A stretch of 63,573 nt of DNA from Eledone cirrhosa (Eukaryota): positions 1 to 63,573 of the forward strand of contig CAXHJY010000902.1 in NCBI GenBank assembly GCA_964016885.1, given 5' to 3'. The translations under genes and the position numbers were made by a program. The notes under the pieces were generated by a model. That model was given only the letters and a program-made list of their open reading frames with translations, ran no database searches and had not been told where the DNA came from. Shown here piece after piece: positions 44,607 through 61,177 of the stretch. The stretch's first letter is position 1. Each line of letters begins with the position of its first letter.

Positions 44607-45601
44607 ATTAAAGATCGTTCATGCCTTTCTTAAAAACTACAATTAGTGACATAAAGTAAATTATTCTCAGATAGGGATTGAAAGTAGTTCCTAGAGCTTA
44701 TGTCTTGTCATTTATCCTTGTTATCTTTGATTTGGCAGATCTATGAGCTCATAAAAACCTTCCATCCGTGACAATCTAAATTTAGTTCCAGGCAATATAT
44801 GCGGGACTAAATTATCTAAGATTTCTTTCTTGTTTAACAGTTGATTAAAGTATGGTTTGAAGGAAAACTGACTGTTATTTTTAGCAGATGAAGCAAACAT
44901 GTAGGAGCACTCTCCAATTGCTGCATTTGGTTGATTGGGTAGGTTGGTGGTAATGGTGGCGGGTGCTTGCTGTGCTGGGAGGAGACAGGAAATAAGAATT
45001 TCAAGAAAAGAAGGTAATATGTAATGTAATCACAAAAGTGGTTTTTATAGTTCGACGTACTTTGTGGTTAACTGCAACAGTGATTGACTTAATAACACAG
45101 GATGTACGGCTTCCCTACACCTTCTCCCCCCCCCTCCTCCTCCTCTACCCCCCCCCCCCCGTCTCCTCTTCCTTTGTATGAATGAATGCAAGTGTTTTAA
45201 GATAAGAAAGTAAATTGTTCTAGAAAGATTATAAAAGAAACCAACCCAGGAAAATAAACAGATAAAAAGCAATCAAGCACATTACATACGGTGTGGTCAT
45301 GAAGTTCTTCTTCATTTCTTTTTTTGTTTTGTATTTTATGTTTTAGGGGTTCTTTTTCTTGCCAGAAGACAAAAGATTTACTGTTGATAGAGATGTTTTG
45401 TTTACATTGTTGTTGTTTTAAGAAAGTATCTCAGTAATTGTTAAATTAGGTGTACTGTATAAGTAGTACAACGTTTAGGAGAGCTATGGCTTCCAGCAAT
45501 AAAAGTAACGACGACGATAATAATAATAATAATAATAATAATAATATCAAGAAAACAGATAGAATGATAGGTATATAGAAAAGAAGAACGATACAGATAT
45601 A

Positions 45602-45756
<155 letters not shown>

Positions 45757-45761
45757 GTGTG

Positions 45762-45796
<35 letters not shown>

Positions 45797-45861
45797 GTAT
45801 GTATATATATATGTATATATATATATGTATGTATATATGTATATATATATATGTGTGTCTG

Positions 45862-46027
<166 letters not shown>

Positions 46028-46274
46028 TTGCATAGTATTTTTTTAACAATAATAACAAAGGCTAGTTATTTTACATATATCATTCATTGTTTTACGATCG
46101 TTTCGGAGGGTTGGTTATATCGATTTAGGTACCAAATATCCAATGGAATCAATAACAGAATCTCACTGAACTACGTTGAGTTCTAACCACGATATAGACC
46201 CTACAACGAAAGGTGGACCACATTATATATATATATATATACATATATCTTCTTCTTCGCCCTCTTATTCATGA

Positions 46275-46326
<52 letters not shown>

Positions 46327-46819
46327 AGAGAGAGTGGGGGAGGAGAATGCATGTGAGAATGACACAATCGTGGGAGGCATAGCGTTTGAGGTAATGGCGT
46401 AAGCGTAGACGCATGCGTGCGAGCAGGAGTGGGAACGAGGCGAAAGAATCAGAATGCAAGCATAACTGGCAAGTTTCTAATCAAGCTATTTAACAAAATT
46501 GATTGATCTATTGAAAATACATAAGCTATTGGACAGGGATAAAAACTATAGGATAAATTGTACTTTGAAATGACAATGTCTGCCCTCTGCGTTTCTGCCT
46601 CTTTCGCATCATCAGGCGTTATTTTTTATTTGTTCTTTAATTACTTATTGTTATTTTCTTGTTTGTTTCGTTCTTTCTTATCTATCTCGTATATTTATCT
46701 GCCATTTTGTTCTCTATGTTCCATGTTGTTTGTTTGTTTGTTATCTCCTCATTCCCTGTCACCCCTAATCTGATGGTGAAGACCCTAAATATAATACAAT
46801 ATGTATTATGTACGTATAG

Positions 46820-46897
<78 letters not shown>

Positions 46898-47529
46898 GCA
46901 TATGTATATATATAGAGAGAGAGATATATAGATATATATACACATACATATATACACATATATATAAACATATATGTACATATATATATAGGTGTACATA
47001 TATATATATGTGTACACACACACACACTCATATATATATATATATATACATACATACATACATACATACATACATACATACATACATACATACATACATA
47101 CATACATACATACATACATACATACATAATATACATAATATATATATATATATATATACATACACATACATATAAACTGGACAGAATTAAATGTAAATGT
47201 AAAAGTAAAATTTCCTTGACGATCCTGGCGACTGAGTGTTTTAGAACGTATTGCTCCAAACTAGAATTTGATTGGCCAATAGCTGATTCTGCGCCCGTGT
47301 ACTCTGTCAGTTAATTGGTTCTGGCACAAACATGTCGGATCGTAATCGCTGTTCAGACGCTGTGGTGCCTAATACTTTACAGAGACCAATAGGGCGAAGC
47401 TGAATTCAGTCAGCAACGTCTGTGATAATGTCAATAAAGAGTGCTTTCCAAAAGAGGTTTTCTCCCAATGCTGTTCTTTTCCAAAGTGTAATAGTGTGAA
47501 ATTGATAGATTCCTAATGAAAATGATATC

Positions 47530-48060
47530 AGTGGACATACATATACATAGATATGTATAAACTTTTGGACATAGATACACATAGAGACACGGACACACAC
47601 ACATATATACATACATACTTGCATTCATACATACATACTTACTACATACATAGACACATATATACATACATACATACATACATACATACATACATACATA
47701 CATACATACATACATAAATACGTATACACTGTAGGACATAGATACACATAGAGACACAGACACACACACATATATACATACATACATACTTGCATTCATA
47801 CATACATACTTACATACATAGATATATATATACATATATACATACATAAATACGTATAAACTGTAAGACATAGATACACATAGAGACACGGACACACATA
47901 TATACATACATACTTGCATTCATACATACACACTTACATACATATATACATATATACATATATACATACATCAATACGTATAAACTGTAGGACATGGATA
48001 CACATAGAGAGACATACACATAAACACATGCATACTTACTTACATACATACATATATAAA
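47530..48060. repeat. Compound tandem repeat of about 115-190 bp (ggacatagatacacatagagacac / acttgcattcatac) with variable (TACA)n
   Basis: Four related units. Confidence 0.7.
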
Positions 48061-48629
48061 TAAATACATACATGCATACATATATATATAAAGATGCGAA
48101 GAATATCGTATGCACAAACAACTTAACAAACACGCATACAAACATAGATGCGCGCAAATGTAAACACACACACACATACACACAGACATACACACACAAA
48201 CACATACAATTACAGACACACTCACACACAAACAATTACACAGATATATACATACAATTAGAGACACACACATCTAAACACACAAAGGATACCATAAAAA
48301 CAAAGACATATATATAAAGGTATATGAAAATGTAATTGTATTTCCATGTAGAGATGGGTTTGTGTGATAGGACATACAGAAATGTGAGACAGGATTAATT
48401 CACTAAACCTATACAACTGTTTACAGACCAACATACATACATCAACACACACACACACGCACACACATACACATATATATATATATATTGGTATACTTGG
48501 GGAGGGTCACATTGTTGTAATAATATTGCCAGAATTTATAACAGAAGACACTCACTGTATATATACATATATATATATACATATATATATATACACACAC
48601 ACATGCATATATATGTATGCATGTGTATA

Positions 48630-48707
48630 CAGTACATCCTCCAAATGTGTATACATTCTTTTATTAGAATGTTGTTGAAGTGTGTATACATTTTTGGGGA
48701 TACCCTG
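48630..48707. mobile_element. Tc1/mariner-type MITE
   Basis: Right TIR gtatacatttttggggataccctg followed by TA; related to 60315 and 61391. Confidence 0.6.
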
Positions 48708-49052
48708 TATATATATATAGTAATAATATACATATAGACATATATACATGCGTGTATGTATTTATTTAATTTCGATTACCTCTGTATTTTATTTACTTTA
48801 TTCTTAACTCTGAAGCCGAGAATCATTCGGTTTCCTAGTTAGAATTTTAGTCTACGACTTCAGTTATACCATTTACGTGGTTTTGTCTTTGCGTGCTATT
48901 GTACTCCCCGCTCCACATATGACGTATTATCTTCGTTTTTTCCGTTCATTGCCAGAGAACGTCTCTATGAACCACCTAATATTAGTCTACGACTTCTTTT
49001 ATACCTTAAACGTGGTTTTGTCTTTGCGTGTAATTGTTTTTCACCGCTCCAA

Positions 49053-49148
49053 ATAATTGTTTCTACATTTGGCACAAGGCCAGCAATTACCCAGTACTGG
49101 TACTTTATTTTATCGACCCCGTAGGGATGAAAGGCAAAGTTAACCTCG
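49053..49148 (-). mobile_element. 5'-truncated SINE (short subfamily)
   Basis: 3' end and core only; interrupts the second unit of a diverged duplication. Confidence 0.8.
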
Positions 49149-49272
49149 TATTATATTCGTTTTTTCCGTTCTTTGCTAGGGAACGTTTCCACGAACCAAA
49201 GTATCGTCTTCCTGTCTTCCTCCGGTTGCAACGTTTTTTGAAATATTCACTTCCACGTTCACAGATTGACTT

Positions 49273-49327
49273 TGTTAGTGTCAGAAGATCCCGTTAAGGG
49301 TGAAAGCAGCGATTCTTTGCTTAAACT
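49273..49327 (+). ncRNA. Variant hammerhead-like motif (family F; CAGAAGA core)
   Basis: CAGAAGA 49282-49288; U-CCC-guuaa-GGG-U; GAAA 49302-49305; AGCA/UGCU stem III; CUU triplet; imperfect stem I AGUGU/AAACU. Confidence 0.45.
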
Positions 49328-49410
49328 TTAATCTGTTATTTTAATATATATATATATATATTTGCGTGTGTGTTTGTGTGTGTATATGTGTGTATATATG
49401 CATATGTATA

Positions 49411-49455
<45 letters not shown>

Positions 49456-50082
49456 ACACATACAATTAGACAATAGAACAAAAGTACTCGTAGACATACA
49501 CATACATACATACGTACATACGTACATACATACATACATACATACATACATACATACATACATACATACATACATACATACATACATCTAACTACGTCTA
49601 ACATCACTCATTATAATCTGCAATTACAATTAATACGATAAGACTAATCTTCATACTTTATTTGCTTATCAAAGACCGTCTAATTTATTAAGACTTAATT
49701 TTAAACAGCTGACTGACTTGCTTCCTTGGTGAGGGTAAAGGCCTCAATACTTATTTAATTATCTAAGCAATAAACGTGCAATATTTAAAATCAATTGATA
49801 ATAGCGAAATGCCATAAAATCAAGGCGCCACATGAACCACCTCACTAGATTTTGAATATTTGATCTCGGCTCAAATCGTACTTGGATTAACAATGTAGAT
49901 TCATCCCTCCTCGGGTAAACGAAATAAGTAGCAAAGTTTCAAATATGAAACAGGATCGATGCAATTGATAAGACGTCTATTGTACAAAATTATTATACGT
50001 ATTTCAATATATGAAATCTAGAATAAATTCGAACGAATATATTTGACTACTTACATGTGGTGACAATGTATGTCTAACATCT

Positions 50083-50535
50083 AAAGTCTGTCTCAAGACA
50101 GGAGGGTCGTTAGGCCGGTGCTTATCGTGGTTACCGTGGTGGGAAGCGACTGAGAGTACAAGACTTCCCCTGGACTGGATGCCAGTCCATCGCATGGTTA
50201 AAATAAACTCCCTGTTGTTGCTGCTACTCATTTTCAGCTGAGTATACTGATCTTAAAGTCTGAAGTTTGTCTTAAGCTAGAAGATTCGTTAGACCGGTGT
50301 TTATCGTGGTTACCGTGGTGTGAAGCGACTGAGAGTATAATACTTCTCCTGGAGAGGACGCCAGTCCATCGCAGGGTTAAACGAAACTCCCTGTTGCTGC
50401 TGCTACTCATTTTCAGCTGAGTATACTGGTCCAAAAGTCTGAAGTTTGTCTTAAGCTACAAGGCTTGTTAGGCTGGCGCTTATCGTGGTTACCGTGGTGT
50501 GAAGCGACTGAGGGTACAATACTTCCTCCTGGACC
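50083..50535 (-). mobile_element. Three head-to-tail, 5'-truncated SINE copies
   Basis: Units start at 50083, 50255 and 50434; minus strand gcgatggactggcatcc...cagtcgcttc...cacggtaaccacgataag resembles widespread invertebrate SINE bodies (recalled). Confidence 0.7.
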
Positions 50536-50685
50536 GATAGATAGTGTTGTCGTCTGGGTCAGTTGAAGAAATATCTAGTTGCTGTTGCAATGGTTAACAC
50601 AAGTCCAACCAAGATCAACTTCGCCTTTGATCCTTCCAGAGTCGATAAAATAAATTTCTAGTTAAGTACTGTCCAATTTCAGAAA

Positions 50686-51557
50686 GAATTCTTTAGATTT
50701 CAGTCGTCCTTGTTAATACCAATTCTCTCCTAGTTAACAATTATTTAAACTACAGTCATCCTTGTTAATACAAATTCTTTCCTAGTTAACAATGATTTAA
50801 ACTACAGTCGTCCTTGTTAATACCAATTCTCTCCTAGTTAACAATTATTTAAACTACAGTCGTCCTTGTTAATACAAATTCTTTCCTAGTTAATAATTCT
50901 TTAGACTACAGTCGTCCTTATTAATACCAATTATTCCCTAGTTAATTCTTTAAACTACAGTCGTCCTTGTTAATACCAATTCTCTCCTAGTTAAATCTTT
51001 AAATTACAGTCATCTTTGTTAATACCAATTATTCCCTAGTTAAATTCTTTAGACTACAGTCATCTTTGTTAATACCAATTCTCTCCTAGTTAACAAATCT
51101 TTAAACTACAGCCGTCCTTGTTAATACCAATTCTCTCCTAGTTAACAAATCTTTAAACTACAGTCATCTTTGTTAATACCAATTCTTTCCTAGTTAACAA
51201 TTCTTTAAACTACAGTCGTCCTTGTTAATACCAATTCTCTCCTAGTTAACAAATCTTTAAACTACAGTCATCTTTGTTAATACCAATTCTTTCCTAGTTA
51301 ATTCTTTAAACTACAGTCATCTTTGTTAATACCAATTCTTTCCTAGTTAACAAATCTTTAAACTACAGTCATCTTTGTTAATACCAATTCTTTCCTAGTT
51401 AACAATTCTTTAAACTACAGTCATCTTTGTTAATACCAATTATTCCCTAGTTAAATTCTTTAGACTACAGTCATCTTTGTTAATACCAATTATTCCCTAG
51501 TTAACAATTATTTACACTACAGATGTCCTTGTTAATACCAATTCTTTCCTAGTCAAC
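50686..51557. repeat. About 52-bp minisatellite, about 17 copies
   Basis: ctacagtcgtccttgttaataccaattctctcctagttaacaattatttaaa with small indels. Confidence 0.92.
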
Positions 51558-51758
51558 GCAGCTCTTCATTCTGTTAATGTTTCCATTGTTTTCTTGTTCT
51601 TCAAATATTTGGTATCGATGATATCCTAAACACATTAATTATTATCAATCATTCTGGTATTAATATACAGTTTTGTGTTATCGTTCGATATTAAGCTCCA
51701 TTTACACGCTGTTCAAGCTTGCACATACACACTCACACATACATACGAACATGCGGCC

Positions 51759-51834
<76 letters not shown>

Positions 51835-52657
51835 GTATATATATATATATATATACATATGTTTGTGTTTGCGTGTATATATATATATCCATACATACAT
51901 ACATACATACATACATACATACATACATACATACATACATACATACATACATACATACATACATACAGAGAGACACACTCACGAGGAAGGGACAGGCAAG
52001 CGATATCGAAAGTGAAAAATGGAAAAGGGATAAGACTAATATAGAATATAAAACAAGATAGAATATTTAGGATAGGGAAGAGGGAGAGTGTGAAAGTTAG
52101 GGAGAGGGGGGGGAGTAGTGTAGATGATAGGAGGTGTTTGTGTGGGTATGAAATATATGCAATAGTTCAATGGAATGTTCTTCAAATGCAGATTTTTCCT
52201 CTTTTATATTATGCCTTGTTGGGCTCCAGTAAGTCTATGGAAGTCTTTGGGAAATTCCTGCACGTTCCACGCAGTGGCAATTAGCAGTTGATCTGAATTC
52301 TTGCATGTCTTTTAATCGGGTCATCAAAAAATAGTTTATTATTAGACAAGTTAAATAAGAGTCGCCAGCAATCGGTTACAGTCGTCACTAAGATTTACTA
52401 TGTTTTTCTTATTTCATTTTTTTAAAGGGGTCTTTTCTCGTAGAGTTAAAAGGCCATTCGTTAAATCCTTTCGTTGTTAGTCAGCTTCATTCAGTTAGGT
52501 TTTGATTAAAATGTTTTACAGGATGGAGTGTGAAAAAAAAACATTTATTAGAATTATTGGCGTTCTTTTTATTTTTTATTTTTAGTTATCGTTTTACCGT
52601 TGCCAGCTTTGTCTGTTTCTCCCTGCCTTTCTTATATATATATCTATACATATACAC

Positions 52658-52751
<94 letters not shown>

Positions 52752-53261
52752 GTATATGTACGTATATATATATATTTAGTCTTCAAATTTATTATTATTA
52801 CTATTTGGTTCCCTCGGTTGAAATTTGAACCAAGGCTCATAATTGCAGTAACGTCCTGATATGGATGAGAGGAAAGTTAACGAAACGAAGGTGGAAATTG
52901 AACTCAGCATGAAAACTGACGTCACTACTAATACGTCACTACAAAATACGGTGGATCAAGTGATGAGCGGTTCTCATAATAGATATGACGGCTCAAGTTT
53001 GCTCAAAAGTTAAACAACAACTACGTCAATGGTACGATATATATAACTCATCTTACTGAACACTAACAATAGTTTTAGTACTACAGGGATATGAGACACA
53101 TTTTCTGGTTTGTATTCCTGGATTTGTTCCATTGTTTGTGAAGGGATAATGAAAAGGAGGAGTTGAACAGTTGAAGAGTTGAAGAGTTCTATGGTCAGAA
53201 GGTGAAGTGTCTTGTTTGTTTATATTGTCTGACCAGGCGGAATATGTAATTCTTTCTTCCC

Positions 53262-53311
<50 letters not shown>

Positions 53312-53320
53312 TTCCTTTTA

Positions 53321-53449
<129 letters not shown>

Positions 53450-53535
53450 CAATAGCCCAATAACCATCGTGACTAAATCCTAATCATCAAAATGTGTTTA
53501 TATATGAATGTGCACACATATATATATATCCATGC

Positions 53536-53573
<38 letters not shown>

Positions 53574-53578
53574 CATGC

Positions 53579-53658
<80 letters not shown>

Positions 53659-53797
53659 ATATATATATATATATATATCCATATATATATATATATATAT
53701 ACATACACATATATAATATATATATGCATATATATATATATACATATATATAAATATATATATATATACCTATACATCTATCATCATTATTATCGAT

Positions 53798-53886
<89 letters not shown>

Positions 53887-54347
53887 TACATATATATATA
53901 TATACATATAACTCTCCTATGTTAATTCCATGTGCTTATCAACAGCGGATAAGTGTCTACCCAATGAATGGCCGCGTCTTATTATGCAGACTGGTTATAT
54001 TTGCGATGAATGTAATACAGTAATCTAATGAAACTCTATAATACGACGACAATTCATCGCACATCATTGATTAATGGCGGTTGAGAAGCCACTATTTTGA
54101 TACATGGCATACAAAGCGTGCATATTAAAAGAGTCAAACTAGATAAATGGATAACGCTTTCGTAAATTGATTCAATAAAGCAGGCGTCATTTCAGAGTCG
54201 AACTGAGAAATCATGGTACCTTGTAATGGCATAATACTATCTCTTGCTGTATATTGTATATTGTATATTGTATATTGTATATTGTGTATCATTGTATTGT
54301 CTGGTTGTGTATGTGTGTATGTATATGTGTATGTGTCTGTATGTGTG

Positions 54348-54401
<54 letters not shown>

Positions 54402-54437
54402 TATATATATGTATGTATGGATGTATGTATGTATATA

Positions 54438-54476
<39 letters not shown>

Positions 54477-54739
54477 ACACACATACGCATATGCATATTT
54501 TTATATATAGAATATATTTTATATATATATATACATATACAAATATGTGTATACACACACTTATACATTACATAGATAGACACTCATACGCACCTAGATA
54601 AATAAAAAAATAGTATATATATATATACATATATACACACATATATACATATATGTGTGTATATATCTATATATATCTCTATATATGTATCTATCTATAT
54701 ATATATATATATATGCATATATATATATATATATATATA

Positions 54740-54792
<53 letters not shown>

Positions 54793-54803
54793 GTATATAC
54801 ATA

Positions 54804-54839
<36 letters not shown>

Positions 54840-55549
54840 CTCATATATATATCTCTATATATATATACATACTCATATACATATATCATACCCGCAAAAA
54901 ACCTCACAAAACCTTTCACATTGTAAAACCTCTAAATACATATATATCTCCGATAGATCTATTTGATAGCAGTTCGGTTGTTCACAATGTTTTTGATCCA
55001 TTATAGTGAGGGTCATGTTGAAAAGAACTGTAATGAATTTCGAGTAAATTTCCTCTGCTTATTCTTTTATTTCCATTTACTGTTCACCATTCTTGATTTT
55101 TTTTATTTTGTATATTGTATTTTTCTTCTTGTTGGTGTTCTAGTCTTTTAGTTGCTGATATCGTCTGCCTATTGTTGTGTTCTATGTAATGTTTATCAAT
55201 ACATCATACAGCATGCTTCTATTATATATTAGCTTTATCCTTTCATGAAATATATAGCTTTTAACTATAGTATTTTATTGTTGGTGGTGTTTTGTAAATA
55301 CCCAGGGAAGTATGTAGGGAAATGCCTGGAGTCTGATCCCAAGAAACATCTATTTATTGATTAAAGGTTTATCTGCGCCATTTTGTTGCCCCTTAAACCG
55401 CTTATATCCTATAGAATGACATGGATGACACAATATATATTCCCCCCATCCCACCCTCCCTATCCAACATGTACCCCACAGACTCAGAAACCCACATACA
55501 CGCCATCTCTCTCAGTCTCTCTGTCTCTGTCTCTGTCTGTCTGCCTCTC

Positions 55550-55666
<117 letters not shown>

Positions 55667-55756
55667 ATCTCTCTCTCTTACGTTCTCTCTCTCTTTCTCT
55701 CTCTTCTTTCTCTCTCTCTCTCTCTTCTTTCTTTCTTCTACTCCTCTCATACTCTA

Positions 55757-55835
<79 letters not shown>

Positions 55836-56409
55836 CTTTCTTTTTCTTTATTTCTCTTTCTCCTCAAATAATCTCCCTCTTTCTCACTTCCTGCACCAGT
55901 CTCTCTCCCTCTTTCTCTTTCTCTCTCAATCACCCATTTTATCTCCACCCCTCCTCCCTTCCCCCATCTCTCTCCACCTCTCTCTCTCTCTCTCTTCACC
56001 GCCTCTCTCTCAACCACTCTATATATATCTCACATAAACTTATATATATACGTATATAAAGGCACATATTTCTATATTACTATTCAGGCTTCAACCATTA
56101 TGTTATATAGTCTTCAGAGGTTTAGTAAAGGATATCGACTCCACTAATTATTAAGTTTGGTACGTATTTATCGTTCTCTATTTGTCAAACCGCTAAGTCA
56201 AATGATATAAAGAAACAACGCTCGTGTTTAATGACTGAAGGGCTAAACAGAGCCACGGAGACACACATACACACGCCTATATATACTGTATATATATATG
56301 TGTATATGTGTATGTGTTTGTGTGTGTGCCTGTGCGTCTGTGCGTGTGTATGTATACGTATGTATATATATATGTGTGTGTATGTATTTAGATATATGTG
56401 TGGGTGTCG

Positions 56410-56565
<156 letters not shown>

Positions 56566-56741
56566 GTGTGGGCGGGTGTACATATGTAAAATGTAATAAT
56601 AAAATGTAAAATAAATTCAAAGGTAAATAAAAAAAAGAAATAATTACCAAATATGAACATAACATAGCTAGAAATAACAAACAAATATTTATAATGAAAG
56701 AAAGATGAATAATACAGAAAAGAAAAACGTCATCTTTGTTG

Positions 56742-56792
56742 AGTACCAGTAATGTACTGCGTAATTGCTGGCCTTGTCCCAAAAGTAGAAAC
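56742..56792 (+). mobile_element. SINE 3'-end fragment (short subfamily)
   Basis: agtaccagtaatgtactgcgtaattgctggccttgtcccaaaagtagaaac. Confidence 0.7.
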
Positions 56793-57135
56793 GGGTTTTA
56801 GAGAAATGGAGAGAAAAGTAGAAAAGGGTTTTAGAGAAATGGAGAGAGTGAAAGATGGGAACTTGGAAATTTGGAAAGATTGATTTCTGATAGAGGTTTT
56901 CTGAAATGGCATTTTTCTATTTGCATCAGCGCCATTTTTATTGGACAGATTGATTAAAGAATTAAAGCTCTTGAGACTAATGTACCTTTAGGTTTTTGTA
57001 AAGAGACATACAGATCTTGACATATACATATCAGAAATCAGAAAACTAATATGGAATGATTCAGAATGACAGAGTGATTGTAAATAAAAGGTATTACTAA
57101 TACTTATATATTCATACATATATATACACACACAT

Positions 57136-57227
<92 letters not shown>

Positions 57228-57231
<4 letters not shown>

Positions 57232-57343
57232 AAATAAAATAACAAGGACGATTTGTTACTCCTTCATTATGTTTATTGGTTGGTGACGCACGTTTCGCCA
57301 CTGATCAGCTCGTCGGTAACTCCAAGTTACACTCCCTGGACAT
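57228..57343 (-). mobile_element. HHR element family C (core reads CCGACGA)
   Basis: Reverse complement of 57684-57795, differing at one core base; in (TA)n. Confidence 0.8.
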
Positions 57344-57356
57344 ATATATGTATATA

Positions 57357-57479
<123 letters not shown>

Positions 57480-57567
57480 AATAATGTTAATAATAATCAT
57501 CACTATCATCATCATCATAAACATGACAAAGGATGATCACTACTCCCATATATATATAGAGAGAGAG

Positions 57568-57604
<37 letters not shown>

Positions 57605-57605
57605 T

Positions 57606-57912
<307 letters not shown>

Positions 57913-58144
57913 ACCCATATCAATTCCTTCGGACGTGGAGAGGAACCAGGTTTCTATATCCCGCCTAATTTCATCGGAAATCCGCAATAAGATTTGTTTT
58001 CGCCGTTGCATGTAGACAGGAGAGTGTGTTAGAGTTGGTTTAACAATGGCGCCAAAGATTGACTGGCAAAACACACAGAAACACACTAACACCTACACAC
58101 ATAGATACATACATGTATTTATCTATACATATATATACACACAT

Positions 58145-58190
<46 letters not shown>

Positions 58191-58191
58191 T

Positions 58192-58227
<36 letters not shown>

Positions 58228-58258
58228 AATACAGCAATTGAAGATAAGCATTTGTACG

Positions 58259-58289
<31 letters not shown>

Positions 58290-58475
58290 TTCTGTGTGTT
58301 TCTGTGTGTTTGTGTTTGTGTGTGTGTGTGTGTGTCTGTGCGTGAGAGTGTTTATGTGTGTGTGTGTGTGTATGGCTATCGTTATCGTAACATTTCTCTA
58401 GGGAGCAAATTCGTCCGAACATGATCCCGCCCCTTCCCTTCTGACAACCTCTTCATTGATCTCTCTCTCTCTCTC

Positions 58476-58549
<74 letters not shown>

Positions 58550-58724
58550 GCTATTTATATTGTTTTATTCCATTCCCTTCACATTTCAATTGACTATTTG
58601 AAAAAGTATTTATTTACTATATTATAAATTATACTAAATGTTTAGATTTATTTAAATGAAAATTTTTTGATCTTTTCATTTCTCTCACATTTAATTCCTA
58701 ATTCGTTCTCCACCCTCAACTTTC

Positions 58725-58962
58725 CCCTCCAGTTCTTCCTCCCCAAACCATTTTTTCCCCGCCATTTCCAGCACCACCCTCACGTTTTCCTCTCCAGTTC
58801 CGCCCCACCCCAACTTTCCTTCACCAGTTCGTCCTCCCCAAGCCATTTTTTCCCCGCCATTTCCAGCACCACCCTCACGTTTTCCTCTCCAGTTCCGCCC
58901 CACCCCAACTTTCCTTCACCAGTTCCTCCTCACCAACCCATTTTTTCACCGCCATTTCCGCC
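58725..58962. repeat. 95-bp tandem repeat, about 2.4 copies
   Basis: ccattttttc recurs at 58748, 58843 and 58938. Confidence 0.85.
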
Positions 58963-59037
58963 AAAGGATAATTACTTTCGGAAAAAATTCGTTCATGTTT
59001 CTCACCCCTTCAATTTGTTTTTCTTTTAATACAATTC

Positions 59038-59112
<75 letters not shown>

Positions 59113-59176
59113 TTGTACTAAACTCGTCCTGTAGACTGGGTGCTCATACCCTTGGATATGTTTTACCAAACGTTTG

Positions 59177-59213
<37 letters not shown>

Positions 59214-59337
59214 GTACATACATATATGTGTACAGACGCACAGTAGTATGTATATATATATATATACATACATGCATACATATATATATATATATGTACG
59301 TATGGGTTTACCGAACATTTATTATAATGTTCGGTTT

Positions 59338-59367
<30 letters not shown>

Positions 59368-59368
<1 letters not shown>

Positions 59369-59557
59369 ACGAAGGATTTGTGGTAAGGAACCAGACGGAC
59401 CATAACGCACCAAAGTACTCAATACTTAGGATAGTAGAGTGGGTAATAGGAACAAGTATGACCCCGACGGCAGAGCACAAGACGTTTCGATGGCCATTTC
59501 TAGTCCAGAAATAGCCGTCGAAACGGCTTGAGCTCTGCTGTCGGGGTCATACTTGTT

Positions 59558-59560
<3 letters not shown>
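59368..59560. mobile_element. Element family B, fold-back copy
   Basis: Minus arm 59368-59500 and plus arm 59506-59560, centred on atttctagtccagaaat. Confidence 0.8.
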
Positions 59561-59623
<63 letters not shown>

Positions 59624-59850
59624 TAGATATACATATATACATATATATATAGATGCATGTATGTATATAAAGAAGATATATATATAGTTAGATAGTTCTA
59701 TAGATAGATGAATAGATAGATGGACAATGTAGCATCATTATACGTATAATAACTTAAATATTTCAGACTTCTTACTGAATGTGTCTGATATATATGGAAA
59801 ACAACTCCACGAACCTTAAGTAGACAGTTGGAATGGAGATTTAAGTCTAA

Positions 59851-59939
<89 letters not shown>

Positions 59940-59940
<1 letters not shown>

Positions 59941-60066
59941 CATATATACATTTACAAGTAAATATACACATATATGATTGTAAATGGCAAATGCAAGTAT
60001 GTATCTCTATTTCTCTCACAAGCACACAGATTCTATGCACACATATACATACACACACACAAATAC

Positions 60067-60129
<63 letters not shown>

Positions 60130-60245
60130 TACATTTACAAGTAAATATACACATATATGAGTGTAAATGACAAATGCACGTATGTATCTCTATTTCTCTC
60201 ACAAGCACACAGATTCTATGCACACATATACATACACACACACAA

Positions 60246-60290
<45 letters not shown>
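59940..60290. repeat. Tandem duplication, about 183-bp period
   Basis: catttacaagtaaatatacac...gattctatgcacac occurs twice. Confidence 0.85.
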
Positions 60291-60296
<6 letters not shown>

Positions 60297-60314
60297 CACA
60301 TGTATACATATATA

Positions 60315-60413
60315 CAGGGTGGCCCCAAAAATGGATACATACTTCAACAGCATTCTAATAAATATTGCCTGTATAGGTAATCAAAATGTGTACACATTTC
60401 TGGGGACACCGTG
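60315..60413. mobile_element. Tc1/mariner-type MITE
   Basis: Imperfect TIRs cagggtggccccaaaaatggataca / tgtacacatttctggggacaccgtg in a TA context. Confidence 0.7.
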
Positions 60414-60434
60414 CATATATACATTTATGTAGAA

Positions 60435-60506
<72 letters not shown>

Positions 60507-60509
60507 GTG

Positions 60510-60630
<121 letters not shown>

Positions 60631-60764
60631 GTGTATATACATATATATATATAAATACTCACACAAACGCACATATATATATATTAAACTCTGCAACCAA
60701 TAAACATAATGAAGGCGCAACCTATCGCCCTTGTATTATAAATACATACATATATACATATGTA

Positions 60765-60819
<55 letters not shown>

Positions 60820-60933
60820 CATATATATATTTATACGTACGTATATACATATATACGTATATATATATATAATTATATATATATATATATATATTTATAC
60901 GTATATATGTATATACGTATGTATATATATACG

Positions 60934-60992
<59 letters not shown>

Positions 60993-61129
60993 GTATATAT
61001 AAGAGAGAGAGATATATAGTTTGAAATTTCTCTCAAATGATATTCTGGTAAACATGAGGAGTGTCTGGAGTGACTGATCAATCTAATCTATATACTAACA
61101 TTGAAACCATGGTCCTTACTAAGCCGATT

Positions 61130-61177
<48 letters not shown>

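Noticed and set aside
50686-51557. Regular repeats resembling a CRISPR array (also 1041-1519 and 61763-62410)
   Set aside because: There are no unique spacers and no cas genes, and the context is eukaryotic.
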